Origin: Phoronis australis
Lineage: Eukaryota > Animalia > Phoronida
Direction of reading: 5' to 3'
NCBI GenBank assembly: GCA_002633005.1
Contig: NMRA01000145.1
Span: 275,898-339,897, forward strand
DNA: 64,000 nucleotides
Shown here: in pieces, positions 11,201 to 25,685 of the stretch
Numbering within the stretch: the stretch's first letter is position 1
How the letters are laid out: each line of letters opens with the position of its first letter
Position numbers and translations under genes: made by a program
Notes under the pieces: model-generated
Database searches by the model: none
What the model saw: the letters and a program-made list of their open reading frames with translations, nothing else
What the model was told of the DNA's origin: nothing

Positions 11201-14200
11201 TGGTAATGGTTGTTGACCTACACCCTTTGAGGCTATTATTCAGCTGACACTGTAAAACTTGGCTACTGTTGTGTGATAGCATGATGTTTAGTTGCAAGCT
11301 TGGACAAACATTAATTTTCCAGCATAATGGAAACTGGACAGAAATTACAGAATAATGTAATCATTGGATTACAATTCAAATCACATTTTTCAATTGGTTT
11401 TTGTATTTTCATAAATGCTGTAAATTGAAGTCCATTTGGCTTAGAACAACTTGCAAAGCAATATACATCATCAAAATCAAATGCTTTTCTGTGATTGAGT
11501 TTTGTGCCACAACTATGATCCAATATCAGTTTGAAAATTATGGATATTCACAGGAATGGGAGAAGCCCTTGAAAAATCAAGGGGCGGTTTTGGCAATTAT
11601 TTTTGTCTGAAATTGGTGATATTTTGCCTTAACTCTTAGGATGGCATTCAAAAGTCTAATCCATTTATTTGTTATGGTAAAAATTACATGTATTTGCTAT
11701 TTATGTTTTGTGAAAACAATAAAAAAGTAAAATTTCACTTGTCGGCCATATAGTGTCCTAATTTGGTGAAATTTTACCATATCTGATAAAAGTGGTAATC
11801 CTTTACTTTTTTAGCACACAATGTGACAAACAAGTGAAATTTCATTTTATCAACTTTCTCAACAAAAATAAAAATTAAGAAATTGTAGAATACTGTATGA
11901 TTGTTTTGTAGTGTGTATGTTTCTGTTATTTGCAGCACAGTTATAATCGTTTTTTAGAAAATAGAAAAATGGGAATTATGGCAATAAATTTTGTGTGGAA
12001 TAAGTAAAAAAATGTCGCAGTACCCTATTTGATTTGGCCAGATTGACCCCTACGTTCAGCTAATGCCTACCTCCAAAAATTTCTCAAACTGACATTTTTA
12101 AATGCTTGTGCTCAGCTTATGGCAACTTAAACAACCTTAGTAAGTCAAATTTTGTCGGTTTGCCGCTGACATGTTCAAGTAGTAATGTACATTCTTTCAG
12201 AAGATGGTGCTGGTCTCTCTATCCGTGAAAAACCAATTGTGTGACTAGTAAAAATGGTGAAACTGACTGTGCTACTTCAGGAAACAAAAAAGGAATTAAT
12301 ATTTGCTAAAACATTCTTTTCTGTTATATTTGGAAATGGAAATTCAAGGTCTCAACGTCACACCCGTGACACCACACACACTAATTGACATGAAAAGTAC
12401 GAAATGCCAACACACGCAAAATGTTGCAGATGACTGTTTCTGTTGCAGTAAGTCTTAGCATTCCTGAGGTGTTGTGCCGGGGCATTAGATTTTAAACACG
12501 TTTACATACGAATTTGTAAGGTATGTGCCACAGTTGCATCTTTTTGACATAATTACCACGCATTCACACTGATAAAACTTCTCTTGTTCATAGCTTTCTT
12601 CCAAAAAAACCATCTTCATGTGTTTTGGAAATTTCCTTCCATGGGCCCTGTCGACTTATGTTTGACTAGGCTTATATAGGGATATTTCGCTTACCATATT
12701 CAGGTAAGGCTAGTAGCATATGCTTGCAGGTGACAGTTTCTTATTGATTACTTGTCTCTAATCACCAAATCCTGCTGTCATCAGGACCAGATAATCTGTG
12801 CCTTAAACAAATATCAATTTATATCACTAGGTTAAGGCAATCGGTCCAATTTACAGTACATTCAGAAATGTAAATTGCCTTGGCAAAGGGCTGTCGATGG
12901 GTTTGTTTTTCAAAAAAGCTATTAGTTTCCCAGATACAAAATACTCACTTCAGCTGCATAGTAAAAAATTGTCCTCTCAGATTTATTTGTTTAGGGTATA
13001 GTGTACTAATCAAACATGTGGCTGACATGAAAATTATATCAAATCTCATCCTAAATGCTGATAAGGGTTTTTTCAGAGGCTACCCAGATAGGACTTCATG
13101 TCAAAGGAAGGCTCCATGCTTTTGTTTGTGAGTGAAAAATTAGTGTGTTTTCATTGAAATATCTTACTCACTATTGACATTGCTTCTTTTTAATATTCTT
13201 AAGGACTATTAGCAACCCTAACTTATTACATCAAGATGTCCCTAGTCTAAAGATATCTCCCCAGCAGTCTAGAAAAGCAGTTTGCCAGTGACATTGACAT
13301 ACCATATCCTTTGATACCCAGACAAATTACCGTGAATAGTTGCATTCTTGTGCATTTTGTGTAACCAGCTTGATCTTGACAATAAGTACTATGAAGATTG
13401 GTTGTAATTAACTACCCTTGCCTGACAATGTTATTCATGGAATTATAAGTTGATATAGGTAATGTCACCTGTGTTTGCTGCATTAGGAAGACCCACAATT
13501 TGAGTTGAGGGTTGGCTCCAAGTCTGTATATTTAGTCAAATGTAAGTCTGCAAAACTGGATTTTAACTCGCTAAAAGTATATATTTTCTGAATGTAGAAC
13601 ACCTGAAGATTTTTTTTTGTTTTTCTGAATGTAGAAAGCATGCAGATTTTTAAAAATTATTCTTGGGGTCACCTGACTATGTCTTATTAGTAAAATTTAG
13701 CTTAACAGAAAGTTACTCTGATACCATACCCACGATGTTAACGTTAAAAAATGGTGGTGCGGTGCAGTTTTCCAAAATCTATTGTTTTCCTTTTATGCAA
13801 CTTAACATTTTGTAGTGAAAGTCAAAAGTTTTAGTTCAGTAGCCCCTCGTGAAAAAGTGTAACATTTCAAAAACAATTTCTTACAACACTTTTGAAGAAC
13901 AATGCATAAAACATATTCTGAATGTTTCGTATGAATCCGATTCGCCGTTTGTAAGATATGATGTTCTAAAGTTAACCAAATTTGGACATTTTTCTATTGT
14001 CCTAGGTAATCTTAAAGGTTTAGCTGATGCACCTTCCAGCAGAAACAAAGTAATTTGGATACCTATTAATTAACTACCCATGCTGGGCTTAAACTCCATC
14101 CACAGTTTATGTGATTGAGACCACCCATATTTTAGTGAACCTGGCCTTGCCTAAATTTTACCTCCCAAAGTGTGTGAAACTCGATTACATTTGAGTAATG

Positions 14201-14433
14201 AACAGTTCGAGTTTCTGTGGCACCTTGCATTATTCAGGCAAAAAATAATCTGTATTGTATTATTTGACTCTTGTATGTGGATCTGGAGGTAATTTCAGCT
14301 CCTTGGACATTTACACTGATCAACCTTTTGGGTAAACGCCCACCCTGACTTAAAATGCCCTCCTGTGTTAACCTAGAAGATTACAGTATTAATTTTGTTA
14401 GTGATTTCAAGGTGCTGAGTACCTGAAGTTCAT

Positions 14434-14758
14434 GGGCCCTTTCCAAGAAACTGGCTAAAATTCATTTTTTTTTACTTTTTGAGTCTAAGATTTGTCTCAA
14501 CTTTGAAACTTTGAAACTGCTTTCTTGAAGGGGTCTTGAGACAAATTTAAGTTTTATCTTAAAATTGACTGCAGTTTAAGATTTGTCTGCCACGTCTGAT
14601 AAGTTAGTCAAAATTAAGACTAAACTTATGTCAGAAACTTAAGTCAATATTCAGATCGCTTTCTTGAAATGGTCTTGAGACAAATTTAAGTTTTATCTTA
14701 AAATTGGCTGAAGTTTTAAGATTTGTCTTAGCTAAGTCAGTTTTCTTGGAACAGGCCC
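14434..14758. mobile_element. MITE, PIF/Harbinger-like
   Basis: TIRs GGGCCCTTTCCAAGAAACTGGCT and (reverse complement) GGGCCTGTTCCAAGAAAACTGACT, 3-bp TSD CAT on both sides, internal ~70 bp direct repeat (14519-14588 / 14658-14728). Confidence 0.75.
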
Positions 14759-15747
14759 CATATCTATAAAATTTCATCCTTTTTTTCATTTTGTAGTTAT
14801 TGTACTATTTGTTATCATAATAACATTTTAAAGTATTTGCTCTAGCAACCATATGACACCTTTTATTTTGGAAATCATCAAAATTCACTATTTGAAACAA
14901 GATCAATTGTGGCAATTCTGTTTTGCGTAAGTGGCGAGATTTTAGTCATGCAGCTATACTTCATGAAAATGATAGGAAATTTATTAATTTCCTGTATTGT
15001 TTGCGGCTTCTACAGTTTAACCATGATTTTTATATCGCATTGCGTTATCGGATTAGGATTTTTGTTTTGAAGTTTGTCCTGTGTGGATTTCATTATAGGT
15101 TTTTATTGACTTCCTGTTTTTTCTGTAGGCCACTGTTTGGCCAAATAAAGCTTAACCAAACATTAGTTGATAACAGTTATAATTAACAAGTATTGACCTT
15201 GCGTTTTGTTATATTGTCGCGGGGTGAAGTTGCGGTCAGTAGGTCTTAACCCTGTCCAAAAGCCAGCAGTAAACGCTCGTCAGTTTAGCGCACAAGATGT
15301 TGCACATGTGGAATTTTATTTTGTCGTCTCAAATAAATGTTGATACAAACTTAACTTCATCGTTACCGTGATTTGTTCTGAACTACTATCATAAAATCTA
15401 ACTTTGGTAAAAATGTTGAGCATTTTAATTGCGAAAACAACCTTTGAATATGGAGAAATTTCCATTTTTGCAGTTTTTTGTGCAACTACAAACAAATGCG
15501 CTTTTCCCTACGCATGTGCATTCTTTGAAGTAAGCAGTCTTGCTCCAAAATTGCAAGTGAAAACTGGTGATTTTGGGGGTAATTCAAACTGCAAGCAAAG
15601 CGGCCTCAAAAGTGTTCCTTGCATCCGTTCACATTACTGAAGTTTTTGCTGCCAGCGATAGTGCTAGCGAAAACCATAGCGTTTTAGCCATCACGTGAAT
15701 GTGGTTTTTGAGTAACGAAGCAAAAGGTATGGCAGATCACTCATGGC

Positions 15748-15826
15748 GTCTGCTTTACATATGCTGTCTGCTTTACATATGCTGTCTGCTTTACATATGC
15801 TGTCTGCTTTACATATGCTGTCTGCT
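15748..15826. repeat. 18-bp minisatellite (GTCTGCTTTACATATGCT)x~4.4
   Basis: Directly visible. Explains the LLYICC repeat ORF. Confidence 0.95.
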
Positions 15827-16560
15827 GAACCCTTCAAAATGTGCTGCTCTCAACAAGTTACATAAGGTCGGGTGTCAACCGCAAGGAGTTGGTTTTTGTT
15901 TCTGAGTCACTATGCTGTAATCTTTCTGCTCGATATGAGAAACACATACTCGATATAAGAAACACGTACTGGTATATATGAAAGCAAATTTCTTTCAGGG
16001 CTAATACCCGCTAGACATACCTTTGCTGCAGTATAGTGGTTGGCAAATCTTTCACCTTATTATTCATTGCTCGAGGCATAAGCTGTGTAACCAGAGACAG
16101 TTTCTTTTGACAACGCTGCCTGGTATGTTTATGCGTTTGAATGTTTTTTCTTCCATTGTTTTCTGAAAAAATAATAACGAACAGACTAGATTGTGAAACA
16201 ACTGAATAGCGGAATGGGCCGCAAACACAGGCCATTATGTCCAGTATGCCAATGATACAACATTTCCTGGACCGGTGAAGGGTAAATACGAGTGAACAAT
16301 TTGTCAAAACTTCGAATGTCTCGGTGACTCGGTGACTTTACTGAAGTAACTATGGTTTGCGGAATGTGAAGTATTGCAAAAAAGTTTATCTATGAAATAG
16401 ATTACATTCCATGGTATTTTACATCAATGATGCTGATTACAACAATTCATTTTATAACGCGTGTAAGAAGGTGGATCAGAGGGTCGAGGCGAACTTTCTT
16501 AAAGGCATCCTGTCTGCCATCTGGCCAGTCACGTGCGATTACTATGGGCGGGCAGAGCCT

Positions 16561-16597
16561 AGCCACAAATTCAGCCACAAATTCAGCCACAAATTCA
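16561..16597. repeat. 12-bp tandem repeat (AGCCACAAATTC)x3
   Basis: Directly visible. Confidence 0.9.
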
Positions 16598-16891
16598 GAT
16601 CAACTTGGCCTACACTTGGAGTTACTCCACGAACGAGTTTTGGCTAGGTCTAGTTAGTGTGAACTCGGTAAAAATATATGTCTTCTCAAAAACACTGTTT
16701 CAATTTTCTCTATTACCTTTTGATTTCGTTTAATGTAACTATTGTTTTTTTTTCTAAAAATCATATACGTAAGTTCTATTTTTGATATATCGCCTCTTGC
16801 TAAGCAGATCATTTCAAAAACAATTTCCCAACAGCATTTTTGAGAACAGTGCATAAAAGATGTTACGTCAAAATGGGGTGTACTATAATAC

Positions 16892-17018
16892 ATTATTGCA
16901 CGTCCTCGGCAGTTATTTTCTGTACCAAAACCCCTAGTAGGATTTGAAGGAATTATAATTCCTTCAAATCCCACTCGGTGTCTAGATACGGGAAATAATT
17001 GCCTCGCCGTACAATAAT
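16892..17018. repeat. Foldback/inverted repeat with a perfect 32-bp palindromic core
   Basis: GGATTTGAAGGAATTATAATTCCTTCAAATCC (16940-16971), with imperfect arms extending to ATTATTG...CAATAAT. Confidence 0.85.
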
Positions 17019-20000
17019 CTACACCTATCTGAAAGCTTCATTAAGTCCGATCAGCCATTTCTCAAATGCTGATGTGTATTTTTTTAGGGTGCATGTTTTT
17101 CAACCTTAGCAAGCTCCTATGTGGAATAAATCCAAACTTCAAACACATTAATAGATTAAGTTATTGGAAGTTTGACACCTGTCTTGTTTCTGCTGCACTA
17201 TGACCGAAATACTGAGTTTTATTTCTTCATTTTTACTCGGATTTAATTTGTTTGACAATGCTTGGATTCCAGGAAGACAACATTGTAGGGCTTTGGGAAT
17301 TTTTCAATTGGAGACTTTGGTGGCCGTGCCTCCTCCCTGGTGATATCATATCTTTGACGATCTGAGTCCCTCTTAAAACTGATAAAATGTTGCCCATTTT
17401 TCGATGCATCTCTGGTTGCCATACCAAGCAGTCGATATCGATTATGCATGTTTAGGGGGTGTCTATGAATATCTACTGGGTGAACTTTGAGCAAACTGTG
17501 GCTAAAACTTATTCTAAATATTTAAAATGCAACTTCTGTATGTTACCCAGTCATAGTTATTGGTACACTGCTATTATCTTTACACAGTTTGCACATCAAC
17601 TGATGGTGATCAAATAAATGTTTTTTGTCATCTGTCAACTTTTCCATGGGTGTTAGAGACTTTGCATCGTGTCGTGTATATGTTAAGTCAATATGCAGTT
17701 GTTCTGTTATCGTTACTTTTGCCCTGTCATTGTATGTTCGCAGGCGATGCTTCCTTGGCTCTGTAAGCCAACACTTTTCAATGTTTGTTGAATGGATTTC
17801 TTTCCGATCTGGCCTCAGGAACAAACACTTGAAATTTCTAGTTACCTCTGATAGGGTGTTGAAAATCGGAGTGTTGAGAAACATTATTGAATGCAAATAC
17901 TGCATTCAAAAGGTTTTTGTTCATTTATCACGATCTGCTTAGGTTGCGGGTATTTATTTTCTAAGGTTGCTGTTATTTATCCTTGGTGCAATGCTGTATC
18001 AATATTCAGCTTTGGATTTATCGTGGTATATGTGAGCAAAAAGTCTCGGACACAAAATTAACACAATTAAAACTACACTCTTTCTTGAGTAGATGAACTT
18101 GATTACCAGTACAAAACCGGACGGTTAGACCAATCTGTAGTTAAAATTTGTGAAGCGGTTGTAACCGTGAGATATAGTGCCCTCTGTTGATCAACTTCTT
18201 GTTTTCACCGATTCTTCAATCCACTGTTCTTTTTTACAGGTTTGTGCGCAATTCACAACAAATTAATGGAAGCGGTTGCACTTAGTTTGTCGATTTGAGT
18301 ATTTTATTGCTACTTATTTTACTTACCTGCCAAAGGACGTCACTTTACCAAAATGGAAATCAAGCAAATGGTGCCTGCCCATGTCACGAGTACTGTACAC
18401 TGTTTTGTAATCGACATCTGACTTCTTTGCTGTAAAACTGATAAAGTGATGTAGTGATGTCATTCGAATGTTGCAATTGCAAAAAACTTATACACAGTTG
18501 GGTTTTCTACATTTTGATGGTAACTTTGGTCCAGTATTTCGTCTCAGTGGACTGAAAAAACGTGAGCGTCATGTACATTACTAACTTTTTACCCACCCCA
18601 TTCTCTAGCTGTTTTTCAACACTAGTCTACAAACAGCTAGTTAGCTGAAAAGATGTTGCAAGTATCAATGCCAAACAAAACATGCCGCATACATTGTAGT
18701 TTTGTCCCAGAAGCTTTGAAAAGATTATGTTCCTTGATGCCCCAAATATAGATTATAATATAATTCTTCTACAAAATTATTTGCACATGTTGATAGGAAT
18801 GTCCCTGTTATATGTTTCATGCTGTCAAAACGAGATTTTGTGATTATTTTAAAATTTAAAGTGAACCACAAGGGTTCACGTCAAGTTTTTGTTGTTTATT
18901 TCTTTTCCAAATCTGTGCTAGTGGTTTATTTAACATCCCTCTAGTATATACCATACACATAAGTTTTCAAATATACACACACACATAATTTTTCAAAACT
19001 CTCCAAAGTCCGTCACAGCGTGAGAGGTGGCCGATGTCGAACTGTGTGTAGGTACCTTAACAATAGTTTGCTCGAATAAATTCAGAGGTCACTGTTTATG
19101 GTCTTGAGCAAAAAGATATTACCCCAAAATCACTTCTTACGGTCCCAGTTTGGAACAAGTTTTAGCTTACTCTACTGCTCATTCATGGTCAACTTCAGTA
19201 CTTTTTTGAAATCGGAAATTGCTATGAACGAATGTTACGTGGCTTTGAATAAACTTAACCAGCCATCAGACAGCACCAAGGGAACCCATGCCCTCCGGGT
19301 CTTAACGTCTTTTGTCATGCTGTGTCATGATATAGCAGATCCGAAATCAATTTGTTAGTTGGCTTTTCTTATATGGATTTGTTTTAATTTCTTTGGGTGT
19401 CAATAGTTGCTTGAATGATGCCTGTTTACTCTATTTGATATTGCTGGTTTGTTTTTGCACTCATTGTGGTGTTGGTACAAAGCCTGAGTAATACGTGACA
19501 CATGGTATTGAATATATAACTTTGAGCATGTTCATTTGAAGGGGAGCAGCTTCTACGTGTCTGTTTTTGTTGATTTTGTATTTTTGAATATACTAAATGA
19601 ACATGACTGCTGTGATCTGAAATTTTCTATGATAATAACACTAATCATAATATTGGTTGGTAATGGCAAGAAATGTTTATTCTCAATGGCGAAATTGACA
19701 GTTTGTAAAACAATTGATCAATGGAAAAGGATGTATAGATGATGCATTTGTACAAACCTACTCATGTAATGGTAAATTCACATGAAAATAATCACCAAAA
19801 TTGCATATTTTCAAAGGTGCAGGTTTTCTCAACATATTTGACGGTCACCATGACACAGCATTTGAAAACAGTAAAGTATATTCAGGGATACTTATCTTTG
19901 ACGAAAAAATTTGAAAATAAAATTGCGCTTGTTATCCTTGTTGTTCCCTTTTGTGGTCTACTTGAAAGTGCTGAGGTTTACGATAATATTTGGAGGACTG

Positions 20001-20250
20001 CTGATTTGTTCTTTGTGGCTGATCAATAACAAATTTTATAACTTATTCTGATTTTAAAGTATTGTTGGTATCTGAGACTGAACAAAATATCTCATAAACA
20101 GGTTACTGTCTGAGTCCAAAGTGTGCTTAGCACCTTGAATAATAAGAAATCAACTTTTTTAATTGAGTTTTTCTGTTTTAGTGATGACTTACAAATAATT
20201 TTATTCCAGGGTCATTGATTGTGACCCTATTATTATTTTCTGGATCTGAA

Positions 20251-20747
20251 GTCGCCTTCACATTAGAGACGGAACTTTGCTTTTATTGAAGTTTCTGTAA
20301 GTGGGAAAGGGAAACTCCTGTAGTTAATCTGCAAGCGAAACTTTGCTGAGTATTGTAGGATTTAAAAACAAAGTTTTGGTACTCATTGAAACTTCGGTGT
20401 AGTGGGAAAAGTCAGAGCGAAACTTCGCAGAAGTTATCGGTAGAAGTCACGGGAACAATATACAATCACGTGATACTCGCAAAATGTGTTCTTTGTTATT
20501 ATAGTGTAGCGGACATGTTCTCTATAGACGCCCATAAATAAATGAAAGAAAGCATATCTGATGAAGAATGACACATTTTCAGAAACACTCGTGATTGGCA
20601 GGAGTACAATTTTCAGTTAGCCTCGATCCACTACTCAATATTCGTTTGAGAGTACGAATGAAATGCGTCGTCTGGTATCTTAGCGATAACTTCGATATCG
20701 CTGTCTAGTGGCAAAGGTAACCGAAGGTCCCCTAATGTGAAAGCGCC
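20251..20747. mobile_element. MITE, PIF/Harbinger-like
   Basis: TIRs GTCGCCTTCACATTAGAGAC and (reverse complement) GGCGCTTTCACATTAGGGGAC, flanked by GAA / TTA (degenerate TWA-like TSD). Confidence 0.6.
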
Positions 20748-23440
20748 TTAAGACATGGGAAATTTCCCTTCTATGTTTTCAAACATAGCTTCTTGTGTAT
20801 TAGATGGTTTTTAATTCAAATCAAATATTTTCAATGGTTTGACAAAGACCACTGTTGGATTTCCAACTAAAGGAAGTCGTCTTTCACCTCTGTTAAAACT
20901 GAAGTGGTTTGATAAGGAATCAAAAGTCCACTTGTAGCTTTAGGCATTGCATAGTTCATCTACTTAGAAGACTTGCTCAGACTGAAATGTAAACGAAAAC
21001 CAAATTGCCGTTTGGTTAAGCCTATTTGCATAAGACTGTCTTAAAAAATCTTACTTAAGCTTCTTATCACCACGCGCAGTGTTTTTATGTTTGCTTCTGT
21101 GCTAGTTGTCCGAGATACTATTATTCCGAGTTGTTAGAGTGACGAGCGCTTTTAATCCAAGTTCCTTAGCACCATTAATTAACAAGTAGAAAATGTTATT
21201 AATATTTAATTGAGTATCTTACCTATGTCATGGCAATGATAACCTTGTTTAACTTTGATAGGATGGCGACCGGAATGTTATTTACATTGTTTTTATGCAG
21301 CTTGCTAGCTAATTTCTTTCAATGTAGGGTTTTAAAATAAAAATTAATTTCTTTAGTTACTGATTTTAATGACTGTTGTTTTTTTGTTTGCAAAAATGGA
21401 TTTTTGTATGGTCTTTGTGATACCTAACACTTTTGTTTCCGAGGGTTAGAATTCTTCAAATATCTATCCCTGTACCTGAGTTTTCTATGGACAAGCCATG
21501 TATATTTGGAAAATATCAGTTCAGGCACCAAAAGTCGTATCCAAATGTATTTCGGAGCGAGGACAAATGTACAATTTGATGTAGTAACACTGTCACATCT
21601 CACATCTGCTGTAGATGGCACTGCCTAACAAAAATCCCCTCAAGGAGTACAATTTATTTCAGTGGGTTACCAGAAGCTATTACCTGCTTCCCTGACCTGG
21701 CTTCCTTTGTGAGTTACACTAATAATTCCTTTCATTATGTAGTTCTTGTACTATTGATGTGCTTGTGCCACTAATGTGGAATTATAGATCCTCTTTGTAG
21801 TATTATGTAACTTGCCAAAGCTGCAGTGGTAAACAACCTGACTTGTCACAATTACCCATTTTGCCTGTTGCTTGCTTTATGTTCCTAGTTGTTTGAAGGT
21901 GTTTGGTTGATAAACATGGTTTGAAATGGCCTAGTTATGATGCTGGGGAGTGAAATTGTTACTTTATGATTTAGCTTGAAAAGATTGAAGTTGTTTTTTG
22001 ATTGATTGGTAATGATTTCTATAATCTGTAAACAGAGGCCATTTTGGGTAAATACGGTATCATTGGAAATGAGCGATGTAGGTATTGACGTTGAACAAAA
22101 TTATACTATACCCGTGTTCGGGAAAAAGTTATTATGTTTCAGATTTTGTTGAAACAACTAAGGTTGGTTTAAAAACGGAAAACACAAAATGCTGTTACTG
22201 TCTTGCACTATTTTGGGAGAGCTTTCTACTTCCATTTGGCCTGAAAATTGTGGAAAATATTAGAAACTTAATTTTTACAGGACACCTTGGTTAATAGAAT
22301 TGTATAAATACCACTGTTTAATCTAGAAGCCTGTTTATCAAGCATTTTGATCTAAAAGTCTGTATTGCTAGTTTGCCAAACCCCAGACTGCAGCTGTTGA
22401 TCTAGGTGTCTTGTCCAAGAGGTAATCCACAATTTTTGTGGGGGGACAATACAAAGTCTCATATTTTGTAGTGAGCATGATAGAATCTCACATTTTGGAG
22501 GCTTTACTGGTTTAAAAGGGACCAGTTTGTAGAATGGTATGTGGAGACCCTGATTTTCCATAAAAAAGGAAATCTGTTTTACCAAACATAAATCTCATTA
22601 TTTTCCCTTTTCCAAACTGTCAAATTCTGTTTTACTGTTTCAACGTGATAAATAATAAAAACATGACTTATGAACTACCTTACTTTCTCTGCTGAATTAT
22701 GCTGCAACTTCATTTTACCAATGAAGTTGCGACACGCCATGTTTCTTGAAACAGGAAAAGAAAAGCATCATCTTCAGCAAGAATGAACAACTACTTGAAT
22801 GTGTTTGTTGCAAAACAATTGTCAATCAATCTGAGGCCAGAATATGCCGAATTTGATGGTCTGTGTTTTACTGTGTGAAAAAGATTTCAGACAAGACTGT
22901 AGGTACTGTAAAGTTGAGCTTGAAATGGTAGTATATAATAATTGTGTTTTCTGGAGGTCAAATAATGCTATCGTGGAAATTGTGTCATCCTTTACATGAA
23001 TGACTGTTGCTAAGACTACTTTGATCACAGGTGACTAGTCAGTCATGTGAGAATTGCTATGATATTACATTTTGACGTCCTGTCAGCGCGAGTATTTCAA
23101 ACCCAGTTGTCGAGAGGGGTTTCTCTATGTCTGACCAATTTTGTTGTCGCCCCAATTCCATGCCGTTGTTCAGAGGAATGCTTGTGAAGCCTTCGACTCA
23201 CTGGTGTCTATTTCCTTGGTATGACACTTTTCTCTCAAGTTTTAGTTTTAGTTCCCCAAATTAAGTCCCAAGGCTGAAAATGCTTTAGCAACCGCTAAAT
23301 ATCTGGCTTGCTTTTCATTCCTCTCTCTGATATTTTGGTATTTTCAAGACATCCATTGTGGTACATTTGCAGAGTGTGTATTGCGGAAACCTCTTAAAAA
23401 GTCCCTGAGTGAATCTCACTTCTAGGTCATATGCTTATAA

Positions 23441-23562
23441 CCAATAGATGTCTCTGCAGTATTCTCCAGTCAGGCAAAGAAATTCATGGGTGGGTGTTGA
23501 TCCAATAGATGTCTCAGCGATATTCTCCAGTCACACAATGGCTTTGTAGATGAGTGTTGATC
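23441..23562. repeat. 61-bp tandem duplication
   Basis: CCAATAGATGTCTC...ATTCTCCAGTCA...GTGTTGAT occurs twice. Confidence 0.85.
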
Positions 23563-25282
23563 GATTACTTCTCTGGTCATTGTCTTCAATAGGCACTGAA
23601 GCCTTACCAGGTATCCTATTGCAGCTGTCTGTCTTCACAGGAAATTATGGCCTTTCAGGAAACATAAAAAGAAGAAAAACATTACACGATTATGTCTGCA
23701 CAATGATGACATAATGCATTGCCGCAACTTGCGTTCAAGCTTTTTTCAGTGCATGTTATGATCTTAGCTTGAGCTTATACTTGTGTAACATTTGAGAATA
23801 TTTTCTACAGGAATACTTTTATTGTTGCCTTATGTTATTTGTTGTGATCATTAAAACTGTATTAGTGAAAAAAGAAGAATTGTTTTCCATCAAAAAGTCG
23901 CACTACCAGCTTCTCACCAACAACTATTATGATTTGATGGCATGGCGATTGCAAAGAATTTTAAAAAATGGTGCGAATTTTCAGTGAGCTTTAAAATATC
24001 CCCTAGTTATATGTTTTTAAAAATGTTTACAAATACTCAATCCTAATGTAACATCACATCTAATTCCAACATGACATTGCTACANCACCCCCCGGACTGA
24101 AACTTGATAGGGAAAGTAGGCTTCATGGCATGTATTGACAGCCTGAATTTTTCTGGTTGCAGATAATCTCGAAGTGTAGTTCTGGCAAAAATCCAAACAA
24201 TTGCTTGCAATGATTTCTTGACTTCATTTTGCTTAATGCTAATTTGCATAAAAAACTACAATGACTTATTTTGTCACTATCATTCTTATAACAAAATGAA
24301 AATATACACCCCTATGCAAAAACTTTTCAAACATAGCTCTGAATTTTGAACCTGGCTTTTAGCTTTTCAAATTGATGCAAAATTTCCAAATGTATCTTGG
24401 TACTTTTCAAACATGGCTGGCTCATAGTCTCCAAGCGTGTCTCAGAACTTTTCAAATTTTACTGTAAGCTGCTCGGTATTTGAATAGCTATAGGATAACA
24501 CTGTTAAGGATTAGTGTCAGGCTATTCTCGTTGACATCATTTATATGAAAAAGGTCTCGAGAGTTTTGGTCATTTCTGAATCCTTTCTTGTCACATTCTA
24601 CACTTTTGGTTGTTTGTATAGCGTAGTTGTACGTGGAGTTAGTTAAAGTTTGATAGATTGGGGAATTATTCGTTACCCTTGTGTAATTAATTATGCATAA
24701 TAACAATACCATCGTAATTTACTTTCATTTTGTATGCACCACTGCACTGATTGCTGTGCTCTAACTTCACGCTTCAAGCAATACGTTTTTAAATAATCAC
24801 TTTGAATGTGTTTCCATGGAAACTAACAAATATCATGTATACCCTGAGGTCATATATTTTGCTGCTGAAGTATCTAGTAGCATGTACTGCGTGAGCCAAC
24901 ACTGGCGTGTACAATGTTTCTCATATTGAGCACTAAGTCGTAGGTGTAAATTTGTTCCCGTCCTTCTGTTTTTTTTGCTAGAACGTGTGGTCAGACCTGC
25001 GTATCTGGTGAGCCCAGCAAGCGCGTTGTTGTGGTGATTTTTCTTTTAGGAAATGACGTGTCTCTTGCGAATCACTTCACGATCACATTAATGGATTGGG
25101 CGCAAATTAAAATCGAAGTTAACATTCGATTGACAATCTTGAATAAAATGGACCTCTGAACGTTGAAGAGTTGTTTGACAGATGCTATCTAGTTTAGCCA
25201 GTGTTCAAAGTTATGTTGCAGTGAAAAACTTAAGGTTAGTCTCATGGCCGCTCTATGTTGTATTTCTTACTCGTTTGACCAG

Positions 25283-25685
25283 GGCCCGGTCTCCAATCTT
25301 TTTACTCGAAATGGAACTCGAAATTAGGTTTGGCATTTTCTACTCTACTTTTGGGCAAACTCAAGATAAGTGTCTATTATTCTATGCTTGAGTACACAAT
25401 AACTTACGTAGATAATTCATTGCCGTTAGTTCACAGTTTGTAAACCCAATATTAAGACAATAAGTTCGAGTTTGAACTCCAAATTTCGAGTTTTTACTCG
25501 AGTTTGTAGCACGAATATAACGGTCTTCAAGGGCAAACTTGAACTAGAAACTTCTATGCATAAACTGTAATGTATTCGAGCACAGTCTAATAACCAATTA
25601 TCTTAAGTTCGCACAAAAGGAGCAGAGAAATTGGACAAAAATAGTTTCGAGTTGGTTTCGAGTACAAAGATTAGAGACCGGGGCC
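25283..25685. mobile_element. MITE, PIF/Harbinger-like, ~45 bp TIRs, TSD CAG
   Basis: Left GGCCCGGTCTCCAATCTTTTTACTCGAAATGGAACTCGAAATTA; right reverse complement GGCCCCGGTCTCTAATCTTTGTACTCGAAACCAACTCGAAACTA; CAG on both flanks. Confidence 0.8.

Noticed and set aside
20181-20249. C/D-box snoRNA-like segment (GTGATGA...CTGA with an internal hairpin)
   Set aside because: No recognisable rRNA/snRNA antisense element. Such box pairs are frequent by chance.
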